A stretch of 61,670 nt of DNA, filler included, from Dirinaria sp. TL-2023a (GCA_051941275.1; 12 parts of 12 records of this genome joined end to end with filler, not necessarily neighbours in it), one strand, 5' to 3'; numbered from the whole stretch's first letter, positions 1 through 13,766 are shown. Program-made: numbers and translations. The notes: generated by a model not told the origin, from the sequence alone.

Positions 1-337
1 CTTTCCGCACTAACTACTCTCTCTCAACTGCCGTGGTTTTCGTATTTCCGTTGCGAGATTCCTTGTGCCTTCCATTTAGCGCCGTCGCTTTGATTGTTCT
101 GTTTTGTTTTGTTTTGGGTGCTTGAGATTTGTTGGGTATCAAGGTAACTGCGGAAAAGGGGGGAAAGAAATGGGGGGGGGAAGCATTGGGTACAGGTGAT
201 CATCAACTGAAAAATATAGATCCGCGTTCGGTTCCCTTGTCTCGCGGCTCGATAATTCGGATGCATACTCTGGATCCATTACTTAGGTTGCTTTTAAGGT
301 ATCCTCGCGAGGATCACGTATTTCGGTTCGATCTGAA

Positions 338-2166
338 TTAGATAGGTCCCCCCTGCTGGGCGAGCGCCGCGTAACTGCTAGCGTTCATACTCTTCGGCCG
401 CGCATACGTCGGCCCATCCAACCAATCCAGGATCCCTTCTTCATCAACACAACCTTCAAATTTGGCATCGGGTCTCGCTTCCTCCAAGCCGGCGACGATT
501 TTCTTGTTCCATATCCCCGTGCAGACATTATTTTCGAAATGGAAATACGGGTTCAGCAGGGGCCGGGGGGAATCGAGGTCCAAGAAGCGGATGCGCAGGT
601 AATTTAGATGAGGGTATGTTTTGAGTGCTGTGACTGCTTCCGCGACGAGGGATTCGAAGGCTTGGATAAACGGCCAGCTGTGGATGCTCGGGCCTTCTTC
701 CAGCTCGCTTGGTTCGCGGCAGCAGTTCCTGACGAACAGATCAACGGATTTCAAGCGCGGAGCGTCTCGCACTGATGTGGTCGCGGCTACGGCGTGCTTG
801 AAGAGTGAACCACAAACGTGCCCTGTGAAGGTCAGGGTCTCGAGTTGGGGCATCAGACGGCCAAGATCCTTGCATATATGGTATTCAGGGTACAGCTTGC
901 GCCATTTGGTGAGCGATGATGGCTGCTTCCCGTTCAATCCTTCTAAACAGATGTTGATCCGAGTTATTGTAGGCGGGAAATGACTCAGTACGCTGCACAT
1001 GGCCTTGTATGCATCCGTCTTGGGTTTCGCATACACACAATGCCACTCACGCAAGTTCGGAAGTGGTGCGGCCAAATTATGGAAATCGGAAGATTGTCGT
1101 ATGATGTTCCACGAGCCTTTGAGGATAAGGGTGCTTACTTTAAAGTGTTCCGGGAAACGTCGATGCCGTATTCTTGATTTGTCAAAGAGATCAGAGTTCT
1201 CGGTGCTTGGACTTCTGGGCTCTGGAAGAAATCCGTCTTTGGCGAGTCGGAAATGCTGGATCTTGCGAGACTTCTTGCAATGACCGCCTTCGATCGTCAA
1301 CGCAACGGCTTCGGGGAAAAGGACTTTCGTGCATCCAAATATTTCTTCCAGACTCGCGTTGTCCGTATTCTGGAACATTCGCCGCGTGTGGACAAGCTCT
1401 TCCGCTTGAGAGCGTGGGTTAGTCGGATAGTCTTCTCGGATCGGTGAGTCTGGTGGTATTCGAACAATGGCACGTGGGCGCGGCCCGGTCATGACTTCGA
1501 AGAGTGGCACCCAAATCTCCACATGCCTTACGTATGATTGGAAATGAGGATGTGTCAGAAACCAGTCACCACATATTTGAAGCTCAGTCCTGGTGCCCTT
1601 AAGCTTGACTATAGAAACACGTCAGCACCCAATGCCTTGTTGCTGTCTGTTCAAAACTCACGGTGTCGGTACAGTCGCTCTTGTATCAACGGCCTCCATG
1701 TTTTGCAGACAAGGGCAAGATCGGACAACGTCTTTCGTCTGGGATGCCGCATAGCACTGCTCCAGTTCCTCGAACTGTAGTTTGGTTTCGGCAACCCCAG
1801 AACGCCCGCCAAATGATTGATGATAGCCTCTTGTATCTCGATAGGTAGATCTGGTATGCTCTTATTCGGCACTTGCCATTTTGGAGGCGGAGATGATTGA
1901 GGAGAGATGGGGCAGTGGGTTGCGCTTCGGACTTCTGGGTAACCTCCTTGAGTGGTCGTCTGCACAAGGATGTCATCTTCTGGCCGATGCCTGTAGCTGT
2001 TACGTGGAGCGAGTGTAGGCGAGCCTGTGGGAGGTGCTGTTGAGGACTTGGAGTGACGGTCTGGGATGGCGGTGCTGGCGGCTAGATTCGGAAGGGTTGG
2101 GTGAGTTGAGAGTGCTGGTGAGCCATCTGGCTGTCTCTCAGAGGGCAGAGAGCGACCCATTGGCAT
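338..2166 (-). CDS. Conserved fungal F-box-like domain protein (~591 aa, 2 exons)
   Basis: Exons 2166-1662 and 1608-338. The 53-nt intron (GTGAG..GCTGAC..TAG) joins the two track ORFs in frame (RLYRH|LKLKGT..YVRHVEIWVP). The N-terminal motif LPIEIQEAIINHL..LSDLALVCKTWRPLI is F-box-like. Confidence 0.75.
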
Positions 2167-3500
2167 GAATATGATGGATTGGGAATGAAAGTACTGATGG
2201 GGAGGTTGGGGGAACTGAAGCGCTTAAATTGGGAGATAGCTGGGAAGATCCGAAGCGGGGGAAAGTTTCCAGTGTTAAGGAAAGTGGGCTGCCACGAAAT
2301 GTATATATGGCTGATTGCAAGCATGTGAAGGAGCTGGGGACATAGTTGCAGTACAATGCGAATGATGGAGGAAAATGTCAGACGAAAAGAGCGTGGAAGT
2401 GATTACTGTGGTATTATTCTGTTGCGTGAGTGGCTGCAGAAAAGCCAAGATGCCACATGCTGATGCCATCCGAGCCATCCTCACTATCAGCTCTAACGCG
2501 CGCTAAGAAAGGGAGTAAATCAGTAAACGCGTCGCCATTTCCACATGAGGTAAAGGGTCACGGGGTATTTGTGATAAGGTGGCACACTAAGCGGAAGCTA
2601 CTCTAGCTCTCTCGCTCTCTAAGTAGCTTTTCCTCCAATGTAACGACTACCGAGGGAACCTGCATTAAGGTACCTATTGCTTCAACCGAACATCGCCTGA
2701 ACCTGGCGCCCTGATCTGTAGCAAACAAGCTCATGCTGAGCCATCTGAAGAACGCCGGCAATCATTCTGGCTGATCAGTGAGCTGCAAAAGGTAGCCGGG
2801 GATTTGATCACTTTTAATCAACTTGGTCGATCGTACCTTCAGGAAGAAGAGATTTCAACTCGATACAACCTTGTCCTTCCAATTTTATTGGACTCTTGAA
2901 TTCAGGTGTTTGAAACGTACTAAGATTCTTCGTTCCAGTAATGAGCGTCCCTCTACAACTGCTCAATACCGCAGGCTCTGCATGCACAACATGCAAGCAT
3001 CAGTGGTGACCATGGTCAGACTTGTAACAGACTAACAAGCTAATGCCATCCATCGAAACCTGTTGGTATATAGGTACCGCGCTTATGAGGGCTAAAGAAA
3101 GGGATTGGTAGAATCATAAATTTCTTGATTACGCTAACAGCTCCTATGTTTTGAGACATTGCTGCCGACACTCTTAAGCTACCTTATGTGCTTGATTTCT
3201 CATATATCATAGTACAGATTCGAAACTCGTCATCTAGGTAGAACCGATCACGCTTTTCCAAGTCATTCAAGCATGCGCGGGCTCGTACTCAGAGGAAAGG
3301 TCGTTGTGATGCACAGTCAAGACTCCAAGACCATGGTACGCATTTGTATGGTACATGGAGGCCGATTCAGAATCGGTCTTGTATTTCTTACTAGCTCAGT
3401 GGTTTCCTTTTCATTCCTGAAAATCTCTCTTTTAGATACTGAGGCAGGGTTGTGCATGTCCTTTGACAGGGTGTCTTTTTAGCCCAAAGCCTCCGCCGCT

Positions 3501-5043
3501 CTAACCGCTTGCTGCGACAGTTTCGCTGATTTCCAGAGTTTCCATACTTCGTAACAGACCTGCCTCTCTCCTCTGAGCCAGCCAAGTCTCCCAGCCCGGC
3601 ACTCTACCGTTCGCGAAAGCATCGTCGTCGAAAGAGTGGTTCCACGCCATGATGTCCTTCGCCAAAAACTTATGGACCGGCCCCGGATGTGCCAGCCCCT
3701 GGTCTCTTGCCGCTTTGCACAGAATCCTCAAGATATCGCAGAGCGAATTGTAGACATCGACAGCGCCGCGGCCAGAGCCGCCTCTAGAGCCGCGTACGAA
3801 GACCAGATTATTGCGATCTCCATCTCCGTACACCGAGACGTATTCCTCCATCATGAGGCAGCATTGATCGATTTGCGGTAACACAGCCCCCGTTACAGAC
3901 ACGCCGGTCTGGCCGCTGTATCTACTCAAGCATTGCTCGAAGGTGGTCGGCATCTCGGAACAATTCTGTAGGATGCTCCTACCCTCACCTTTCTCAAGAA
4001 ACGTCTCCAGCCGTAATCCGACACAACTGTTCGCTGCAAACGGCGTTGGGGTGCAAAGAAGTAGTGCGCCGCAACGAGCGTGTCCCGAGATGGTAATACC
4101 ATGGATCTGATGAGGTCCGCGCCGTACTTGATATCCGCCTCGAGGTCCGCTATAGCCTTGCCAAGACGGACTGCCGGGTCCCAGGACCGATAATGGCGCA
4201 GAAGACGACGCTGAAGCGCTCGGAACGCTTTGCGGTTGAGTATGATGTCGTCGGACTTGGGGGTCGAGCCCGTCATTGGCTCTTGACCAGGCCTGACACA
4301 ACCTCGCGAGTCCCAGACCGCACGCTCAGGAGGCGGCTCCATGCCAGCAGCGTCGAAGACCCATTGTGGGATGAATAAGCAGCGGCAGCGAGGGCTGCAG
4401 CGCCGCACACGAAGGAGAAGAGGCAGCAGCGACTCCCAGTCTGTTAGAGAACCTACAAGGCTGACTTCCAGGCACTTTTCGACCATGCTTCGAAGCAGGC
4501 CTACCAATGTATCGAACTTGGCTTCCTCAACCGTATACACGGACCCCCCCATCCCTCGAGCCACATGCAGCTCTCTGTAAGCAGAGTGCAATCAAGCTGC
4601 TTAATACGCTCCGTAACCATCTCCGCCATGTGGGGAACACCATCATCACTTCGTATAACGGAAATCACAATCGCCGCCGCTTGCTCCAAGTCCAGCCCGG
4701 CTCCGCCCCACGAACATTCCATTTCAAAACCCGGATATCGATATTCGAGTCGCAGCACGCGTGGATATTCGCTTCCAAACGCCCGAACAGCAGCAGCAGC
4801 ATAAGTATCCGTCCCGCGTCGGAATCGAGAAAGTCGGTATTCCAAGACAACACGATGAGAAACAGCAACGCGAGAGAGACATCGTGGGTCTTGGTCGGTT
4901 TCAGATACGCGTGCCGTCAAGCGTTCGTTGTTATCGCTGCAGAGGGCAGGCAAAGAACGTTGCTTCGGCCGGCCGTTGTCGCAGACCATGCCGAGACTGG
5001 TCGGGAGGGTGGGCGTGAGTTTAAGGCTTGCAAAGGGGTTCAT
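3501..5043 (-). pseudogene. Intronless orphan gene (~510 codons) split by two -1 frameshifts
   Basis: Three overlapping same-strand ORFs (5043-4501, 4591-3926, 4301-3501), each offset -1 from the previous one. Only the first has a clear upstream ATG. No convincing intron repairs the first junction and no family is recognised. Confidence 0.45.
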
Positions 5044-5087
5044 CGTGATTCGTGGGAGAGCAGGGCGGAAGTAATTTATCTACACAC

Positions 5088-5187
5088 NNNNNNNNNNNNN
5101 NNNNNNNNNNNNNNNNNNNNNNNNNNNNNNNTTAATTAATTAANNNNNNNNNNNNNNNNNNNNNNNNNNNNNNNNNNNNNNNNNNNN
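5088..5187. other. Artificial contig linker
   Basis: N44-TTAATTAATTAA-N44, with stops in all six frames. Confidence 0.99.
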
Positions 5188-5245
5188 AATCTTTCCCCCT
5201 CCTCTCCCTCCCCTTAGTCGTTCTCAGGCGAATGAACCACTGTTT

Positions 5246-8200
5246 ATGACAAGCGACCCACGTTCCTCGGCTTCCTACGCGTACTACTCCTTTCCGCCCA
5301 CTCCAAATCGATCGTCTCCGCCAGCAAGCGGAGGCTCCAGCTCCAACAGCCCTTCTCCTCAAACCGCCCGTACTTCCAAGAGTATGGCTCCCTCCCCAGC
5401 GGCGGGTAAAACGCCCAATGCCCCCAAGACGCCGACGAAGCTTGGGAAAAACCCTGCCTCGAGCGCGACTTCCAAGTTAGGGCAATCCACGAGTGCTGCC
5501 GACAGCCCCAAAAACACCGCCAGATCTGCCACCAACACTCCTCAGGGTGCAGCGAAAGGCGCAACCGATAAAGCCAAATCTGCTGCTCCTTCGAAACCTA
5601 CAGGCTCACCCAAGCTTCCACCAAGGCCACAGGGCGCGGATCAAGCGGCTCAAACCGCCAAAGACGCGGCCCCCCAGGTCACTCAGAAGGCCGAAGATGT
5701 TAAAGGCAAAGCTGAGGATACAGTTGAAGACACAAAACAGCAGGCCGAAGACACAGTCGAAGACACAAAGGAGCAAGTTGAAGACACCGCGGAGGACACG
5801 GAAACCGAGACTCCTGCCGGAAAAGTCAGTCAGCCGGGTGATGAGACCGGTGCCGAGGACTCATCAGCCGTATCACAAAGCGAAGACGCTGCTGGTGGCG
5901 CCGAAGATGCTGCGCAAGGCGCTACAGGAGCCTTAGGTGGCGTCGCTGCCCAAGCACAGGATACGGCAGAAGACGCTCAAGACCAAGCGGGCGAGGCCGT
6001 AGAAGATGTTGAAGATGAAGCAGGCGAGGCCGCGGACGGTCTTGAGGATACTGCCGAAAATGCTGCCGAGGGCGTAGAAGATGCCGCTGAAGATTTAGAG
6101 GAAGAAGCTGGAGACGCCGTGGACGGCGTCGAAGATGAGGTTGACGGAGCAGTTGATGATATAGAAGATGCTGTGCCAAGCGACGCCGATGAAGCTGTGG
6201 ATGGCATCACAGACCAATTACCTGTGGACCTATCGGTACTAAAAGGCCTCGAAGTTGGCGAGGGAGGAGAGATTCTGGGTGCAGACGGAGAACCAATAGG
6301 AAAGCTGGATGAAGGCGATCCGGAAGACCTCATCGGCAAGACAATCGGAGACAACGGCGAAATTCTCGACGAGGATGGAGATGTCATCGGTCGCGCAAGC
6401 GTCTTGCCAGAGAAAGCTGAAGAGTTAGCACAGAAAGCCAGGGATGCCCTGCCAGACATTGGGGTCCTTGAGGGCCTGGAGGTCGGTGAAGGAGGGGAAA
6501 TTATGGGTGAAGATGGCACGCCACTCGGCAAGGTCGTTGAGGGTGACGCTGAAGACCTCGTCGGCCAGAAGGTTAACGATAAAGGCGAGATTCTTGACGA
6601 AGAGGGTGATGTTATCGGCAGAGTCGAAGTGGTCCCTGGTGACGCTGCCGACAAGATCAATGAGGTACAAGAAGTTGCAGATGCTGGCGGACTCACACCC
6701 GATCTCTCCATTCTTGCAGGCAAAAAGATCAATAAGAAAGGCAACATCCTTGACGAAGAAGGCGAGCCTATTGGCAAGCTTACCGAGGACTCCGACTTGA
6801 AACAGTGTGTCGGCAAAATCCCCAACGAGAATGGCGAGATCATCAATGACCAAGGTGAAGTGGTCGGGAGAGTCGAAGTCGTACCTGGCGAAGCTGCCGA
6901 GGCGGCAATGAAAGAACTTCATCCCGAGCTCGTCCAGAAACTGGAAGAGGCCGCTGAAGAAGCCGCCCCTGAAGCTCCACCACTCCCAGAGCTTGATATC
7001 CTCGATGGCCTGAAAGTGAACAAGAAAGGTGAAGTCCTCAATGAGGATGGCGAGCCTATTGCAAGGCTGTCGGAAGGTGAGATAGCAGACTGCGCAGGCA
7101 AGAAAATCAACGCGAATGGCGAGGTCCTCGATAAAGAGGGTAACGTCATTGGCAAGGTTGAACTCATTCCAGAAGCTTTCCAAGAAGCTGCCGAGGAAGG
7201 AGTAGAAGGCGTCGAGGAAGGCGCCGAGGAAGCCCAGGAAGCAGTGGAAGAAGCTGCACCTGAGGTCGACCTCTCCATTCTGGACGGGCTCAAAGTTAAC
7301 AAAAAGGGTGAGGTTGTCAATGAGGATGGAGACCCCATTGCCAGATTAGCCGAGGGCGATCTGGAGGCCTGCACTGGAAAGAAGATCAACGAGAAAGGGG
7401 AAGTTCTAGATGCCGATGGCAATATCATCGGCAAAGTCGAATTAATCCCATCCGAACCCGAAGAGGAGGAAGAGACCGGTCCCGAGCTACCTCCGTTGTC
7501 GATCCTAGAAGGCTGCACGTGCAACAAGCAAGGCAAGATCGTGGACGCCGATGGCAAACCTTTGGGTCAACTGATCGAAGGCGATGCCAAGAGATTATCC
7601 AAGAGCAAAGCTGAATGCGACGCCGAAGGTCAGTTCTGGGACGGCAAGGGCCATGTCATCGGCCGCGCAGAGACCCTTCCACAAGAAGATGATGAAGAAG
7701 AAGCGCCATTCGCCGGCCTGTACGGTCTGATTGTCGTCGAAGATGGCTTCGTCGAGGACGAGAACGAGAACAAGGTTGGTGTTCTTGTTGAAGGAGATGC
7801 GAAGAAACTCGTTGGCCGTGCCGTCGATGAGGATGGCGACGTGCTTGATAAGCGTGGCAACGTCGTCGGCCATGCTGAACGCTACGAGGAGCCCGTGGAG
7901 GAGGAAGCGCCGCCCCCAGATCTTTCCATTCTCAATGGCTTGCCTGTTAACAAACAAGGTTTGGTCATCGGCCCTGAGGGAGTTCCAATCGCTCGTCTTG
8001 TTGAAGGTAATGCGAAAGAGCTTGCTGGCAAGAAGTGCGATGGCGAGGGCCAAATTTGGAACGACTCTGGCAAAGTCATTGGACGCTGCGAGCTCATTCC
8101 TGAAAACGAGCGTGAGTCTAGACCTGAAGGTCCCTTCGCTGGTCTCGAAGGTCTTGTTGTTGTCAAAGGCGGAATGGTGGAGGATGAGGATGGCAATACT

Positions 8201-9677
8201 GTTGGCCAAGTCGTTGAAGGTGACCCTAAGCGACTGGTTGGACGCGCTGTTGACGAGGATGGAGATATCGTTGATAAGTATGGTAACGTCAAAGGCCACG
8301 CTGAGCCCTTCGAAGAAGAGGAGCCCGAAGAGGTTGATTTGTCTATCTTGGAAGGCAAGATTGTCAACAAGTCCGGCAATGTCGTTGACGAGCACGGCAC
8401 AATTTTCGGCCGCATCGTCGAGGGTGACCCTAAGGCTTTGGCAGGTCGTCACGTTGATGGCAAAGGTCAAATCTGGGGTGATACTGGCAACATCATCGGC
8501 CAAGCCGAGCTTATCCCTGGCGGTGAACAGCTGAAACCTGAAGGACCATTCTCCGGATTTGAAAATCTCGTCGTCGCCAAGGATGGTTTGGTCACGGACC
8601 AAAATGGCCAGATCGTCGGCAGAGTCATAGAAGGGGATCCCGAGAAACTCCTCGGACGCGCAGTTGATGACGACGGCGATATTTTGGACAAGAGCGGTAA
8701 CAGCATTGGTAAGGCCGAGCGGTGGAGTCCAGAGGAGAAGGAACGACAGATCAACCCCATGGCAGGCCACAAGGTGAACTCGGAGGGTGAAGTGCGTGAC
8801 GACGACGGCAATCTGATCGGCCGACTTACAGAGGGCAACCTGGGAACTTGCATCGGCAAAGAAATCGACGACAATGGCTACGTAATTGACAACGATGGCA
8901 ACAGGGTAGGGGAGTGTACGTTAATCGAGAACATCCAAGAAGAGGAAGGCCCCACGGAAGAAGAGCTGGAGGCGATGAGGAAGAAGGAACAAGATGCCGA
9001 AATCGCCAAGAAGATGACCTACATCCTGAAGGAAACCTTAGACAAAATGGAACCAATCTGCAAAAACATCACCGAAGTGAGTCGTAGCTCCACGAACCCC
9101 AAATTAGTTGAAAAACAAATAACTAACAAAAACCCCAAAACAGCGCATCGAAAAAGCAGACCGCACGCCGAAAGAAGAACTCGACGAGGAGCAACTCGTG
9201 CAAGACGTGAAACCGATGCTCGAAGAGGGCAACCGCATCCTGCAAGAATGCAACGGCGCCATCCGCGGGCTGGACCCGGACGGCTCCATCGCCGCCAACG
9301 CCAAAGCCCGCGCCGCCAGCGGCGAAGCCACGCCCGAAGAACACGCGCTGGCCGAGGCCCTGAAGGAACTCACCACCACGGTCGTGAAAACCATCGACAA
9401 CGCCAAGAAACGCATCGCCGACATGCCCCACGCCAAGAAGGAGCTGAGCCCCCTGTGGGCCCTGCTCACGGAGCCGCTGTTCCAGATCATCGCCGCCGTC
9501 GGCCTGCTGCTCAGCGGGGTGCTGGGCTTGGTCGGAAAATTGCTCAATGGATTGGGGCTGGGAGGGATCGTGAATGGTCTCCTTGGCGGCTTGGGCATTG
9601 ATAAATTGCTCGGTGGTCTGGGGTTGGGGAGTATAGGTGAGGCACTGGGTTTGGGCGGCGGGAAGAAGAAGAAGTAG
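5246..9677 (+). CDS. Large acidic DUF3659-repeat ('LEA domain') protein (~1454 aa, 2 exons)
   Basis: Exons 5246-9076 and 9144-9677 with intron GTGAGT..ACTAAC..CAG. Low-complexity Ser/Pro then Ala/Glu/Asp N-terminus, 12 copies of an ~65-aa unit (L.G.kVnk.G.i.dedG.piGklvEGd...l.Gk..d..GeilD..G.viG..e), and a Gly/Leu-rich hydrophobic C-terminus ending KKKK. An alternative start lies at 5384. Confidence 0.85.
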
Positions 9678-10252
9678 TGCAGAAATTCATCCATCCCCGT
9701 GTAATACAATACTCTAGGTTTCAGAATGGAAAAGAAAAAGAGAAAAAAAAGGGGGCGCGTGGAGGGGAGGTCCACTTCTGGTGGCTTTTCCCTTTTTTTT
9801 TTTTGTTATTTGGTTTTGAGAAATAGTCACTGTTAGCGTAGTGCGTGTTCTTTTTTTTTTTTTTTTTTTTCATTTGAGAGAGAGAGATGTACTTTCAGCC
9901 TACCTTAATAGCATGCCAATGTAATCTTATCTTACACGTTGAAGCACCCGTTTCTTTCGTCTGCGCAAAAAAAAAAAAAAAAGTATTAACTTCACATATT
10001 GTGAATAGAACCTCCCTGAACTATACCTTGAGATTTCTGGATCTATGTGTGTACGTAGGTTTGTGGGTATGTGGGGATCTTACCTATATGTACTGTAAGA
10101 TGAGATGAGAGAGATAGCTTAAGGTAGTCAGTTGCATGTACACGAGATGTACCTTACGAGTCATCTCTATATGTAATGGTTTTAATGGATGCTGTCGGGG
10201 GGGGATTTTTTTTCTTGGAATGGGTTCGATGGAGGGTTTATTTTTTTTTGTG

Positions 10253-10352
10253 NNNNNNNNNNNNNNNNNNNNNNNNNNNNNNNNNNNNNNNNNNNNTTAA
10301 TTAATTAANNNNNNNNNNNNNNNNNNNNNNNNNNNNNNNNNNNNNNNNNNNN
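10253..10352. other. Artificial contig linker
   Basis: N44-TTAATTAATTAA-N44. Confidence 0.99.
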
Positions 10353-10572
10353 GATCAGTACTAAGGAATTCCATCCCCATCACTAGCCAATTGCTTTCTT
10401 TTTCAAAAACTCTGCTGCCCATGACTCGACGACTACTACTTTAGCTCATCCCGTATTCTTCACATATCTCGATGGCCACTGTAAATTATTTTGCTATATA
10501 GTAGCCAAGTGAGCCCAGTCTCGGTCTGAAAACCTCCCGATTCCATACTTTTCAAGTTCCCGCTCGTGAGCC

Positions 10573-13219
10573 ATGGCAACCAAGCTCGGCCACAGCCTTG
10601 CCAAGGTACTGGGCATCAAGCTCAACTACCGCAACCCTACTGGTGAAGACCTCTCCAGAGGAGAATCCGTTCTTTCCAGCTCCACAGCCGACACCTACGT
10701 CGAAGAGGAGCCCAGGACCATCGACTGGATCCGAGATGTGGCTCCCACAGGACGCACTCTCCTGCTCCGGGCCTACCACACATTTCCATTCGTCCATTGG
10801 ATCGGCAGGTACAATTTGCAATGGTTCACGGGAGACATGGTCGCAGGTACGGCCCCTCTGCTGTCCCCTAACTCCCGTGCAGGCTGAAATATCAACGCTA
10901 TTCAGGCATTACCGTCGGCTGCGTGGTCGTGCCTCAGTCCATGGCATACGCCAAGCTGGCTCAGCTTGACCCGCAATTCGGTCTCTACTCATCCTTCATG
11001 GGTGTGTTGATCTACTGGTTTTTCGCTACCTCGAAGGATATCACGATCGGGGTATGCGCAGCAGCGAGACCAGCATGAAAGTTGGAAATGGCTGACATGG
11101 AACAGCCGGTCGCCGTCATGTCCACCGTAACCGGCAACATAGTGACTCAGGTCAAAGCCCACCACAAGGAACTTCAGCCTCACGTCGTGGCTTCCGCCCT
11201 TGCGGTCATAGCAGGAGCCATCATCTGCTTCATTGGGCTGATCCGCTGTGGGTGGATCGTTGACTTCATTTCCTTGGCGGCCATCTCCGCCTTCATGACA
11301 GGCTCTGCCATCAATATTTGCGTGGGCCAAGTCCCCACTCTGATGGGGATCACCGGCTTTGATACCAGAGCCGCCACCTACAAGGTCGTGATCAACACTT
11401 TGAAGCATCTCGGAAGAACCCAAATTGACGCCGCCATGGGTTTGACGGCTTTGTTCATGTTGTACGCTATCCGCAGCGCTTGCAACTTCGCGGCGCGCAG
11501 GATGCCTCACAAGGGCAAGACGTTCTTTTTCATATCGACATTGCGGACCAGTTTTGTCATCCTCCTGTATACGATGATTAGCTGGCTGGCCAACCGACAC
11601 CACCGCAAAAAGCCCATCTTCAAGATCCTCGGTAAAGTTCCTCGAGGTATGTTTCTTTTCTTTGCCCGAGTATGTATTTGCCAAAACTCACAAAAAGCCC
11701 TGCAGGCTTCAAAAATGCCGCCGTACCAACAGTGAATAAGACCATCATCAAGACATTCGCCAGCCAGCTTCCTGTAGCTGTCATTGTTCTACTCATCGAG
11801 CACATTGCGATCGCCAAATCCTTCGGCCGGGTCAACAATTACACCATTGATCCTTCGCAAGAAATGATTGCCATTGGCGTCACGAACTTACTCGGCCCTT
11901 TCCTAGGCGCCTACCCAGCTACCGGGTCCTTCTCCAGGACTGCGATCAAGTCCAAAGCCGGCGTGCGAACTCCATTTGCCGGTGTCATCACTGCAATTGT
12001 CGTCCTTCTCGCCATCTATGCCCTGCCTGCAGTCTTCTTTTACATCCCTAGCTCCTCGCTCTCTGCGGTTATTATCCACGCTGTCGGGGATCTGATTACT
12101 CCGCCTAATACAGTCTACCAATTCTGGCGCATTTCACCTCTGGAAGTGGTCATTTTCTTTGCGGGAGTCATCGTTACTGTCTTCTCCAGTATAGAAAACG
12201 GCATCTATACTACCATTTGCGTGTCAGTGGCCATGCTGCTCTTCCGCGTTGTCAAGGCTCAGGGCCGCTTTATGGGGCGGGTCAAGATCCATTCCGTGAT
12301 CGGCGATCACTACGTCGACAACGATGGCCAGTACGGCTCGTATGGAGGCGAGTCCAAGAAAACTTCCCGGAACATCTTCCTCCCGCTCGAGCACAATGAT
12401 GGCTCCAACCCGCAAGTCGAAGTCGAAACGCCTTACCCGGGAATCTTCATCTACCGTTTCTCCGAAGGCTTCAACTACCCCAACGCAAACCATTACCTCG
12501 ATTATATGGTCGCAGCAATTTTCCGGCAGACGCGCCGCACCAATCCCAACTCATACCCCAAACCTGGTGACAGGCCTTGGAACGATCCTGGTCCTCGTCG
12601 CGGCCATGTGGAGGCGACTAGAGACCACCTCCCCACGCTCAAAGCCATCATCCTCGACTTTTCGTCCGTCAACAACGTCGATATAACGAGCGTGCAGCAA
12701 CTCATCGACGTCCGCAACCAACTCGACCGGTACGCTGCCCCGGACAAGGTAGACTGGCATCTGGCATGCATCAACAACCGCTGGACGAAGCGGGCTCTTG
12801 CCTCGGCGGGCTTCGGTTATCCGGCGCCAACCATCGACGCGCCAGCCTACCAACGCTGGAAGCCCATCTTCTCCGTTGCCGAAATCGGCGGTTCGCACTC
12901 CGCCGCCGCCGCGGCCGAAATACGCGACAACCAAGAGGAGTACAGACGCCAGCGGTCCGTCGACATCGAGAAGACGACGGGCCACGCCCGGACCGAGCCC
13001 GGCAACGACGGTTCCAGCGATTCCAGCGGTGACCTCTCCCGCAGCCTCAGCCAGAGCAAGCCTTACAGCAAGGTATCTTCGGTGCCCAAGTTCGTCCCTG
13101 TGCAAGGGCTCAACAGGCCCCTGTTCCATATCGATCTCACCAGCGCGTTGCAGAGCGCCATTGCGAATGCCGAGGGGAGAGGAGAGAGCGAGCCCAAGGG
13201 CGTGGGTACCGAGATTTAA
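10573..13219 (+). CDS. SulP/SLC26 sulfate permease with STAS domain (Sul1/Sul2/sB/cys-14-like, ~824 aa)
   Basis: Exons 10573-10846, 10906-11051, 11106-11646, 11706-13219. Motifs GD.VAGITVGCVVVPQSMAYA, GLYSSFMG..IYWFFATSKDITIGP, ATGSFSRTAI, and STAS IILDFSSVNNVD. Confidence 0.95.
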
Positions 13220-13766
13220 TTGAAAAGGTGTTGCCTGGAACGAACGAACGATGCTTTGCTTTTTTCTTTCTTCTTTTTCCTTTTCCCCTATAATGGTTGA
13301 GTTGTATGATGATACTGTTCCAGATTGTACTCGTACCAGATAGTGTAATCATCCATCCATTCGTTTGAAAAATTGGGAAAGACCAAAACCTAATTCTTTG
13401 GATCCGCACATACCTTATGAACTACGTGTCTTCTTTGTTCTTAGTGGTGAGGACGCTGAGTGGCGCCTACCTAATCTGTCTTGTTGAGGGAATGAGTAAT
13501 TGAAGTACGAAGTACTAGTACTTAAAAAAGTCCCGGATTTTTCCCTCCCCATCTCTTTCTTTCTCAACCGCAAACATTTTGGACTGCATAGCCCATACTG
13601 TTCCTACTTGCATACCACGAAAAACATTCTCTCTCTGTGCAACTATCATCATCATCATCATTACTTACCAGAACTTCATAGCTCCTACTCGAACACCATT
13701 CTCAACTGCAAACCACGAAAATTCTCTCCAAGCCATCCTCATCATTACTATCAGAGTTTCAAAGAC

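Noticed and set aside
9077..9601. Arg-rich C-terminus of the 1451-aa track ORF
   Set aside because: It is read-through of intron 9077-9143 into the wrong frame.
5922..9775. Long antisense/alternate-frame ORFs over the DUF3659 gene (similarly 45267-46187 over NUC1, 31460-32080 over NST1, 10989-11684 over the permease)
   Set aside because: These are shadow ORFs caused by codon bias and low complexity of the real genes.
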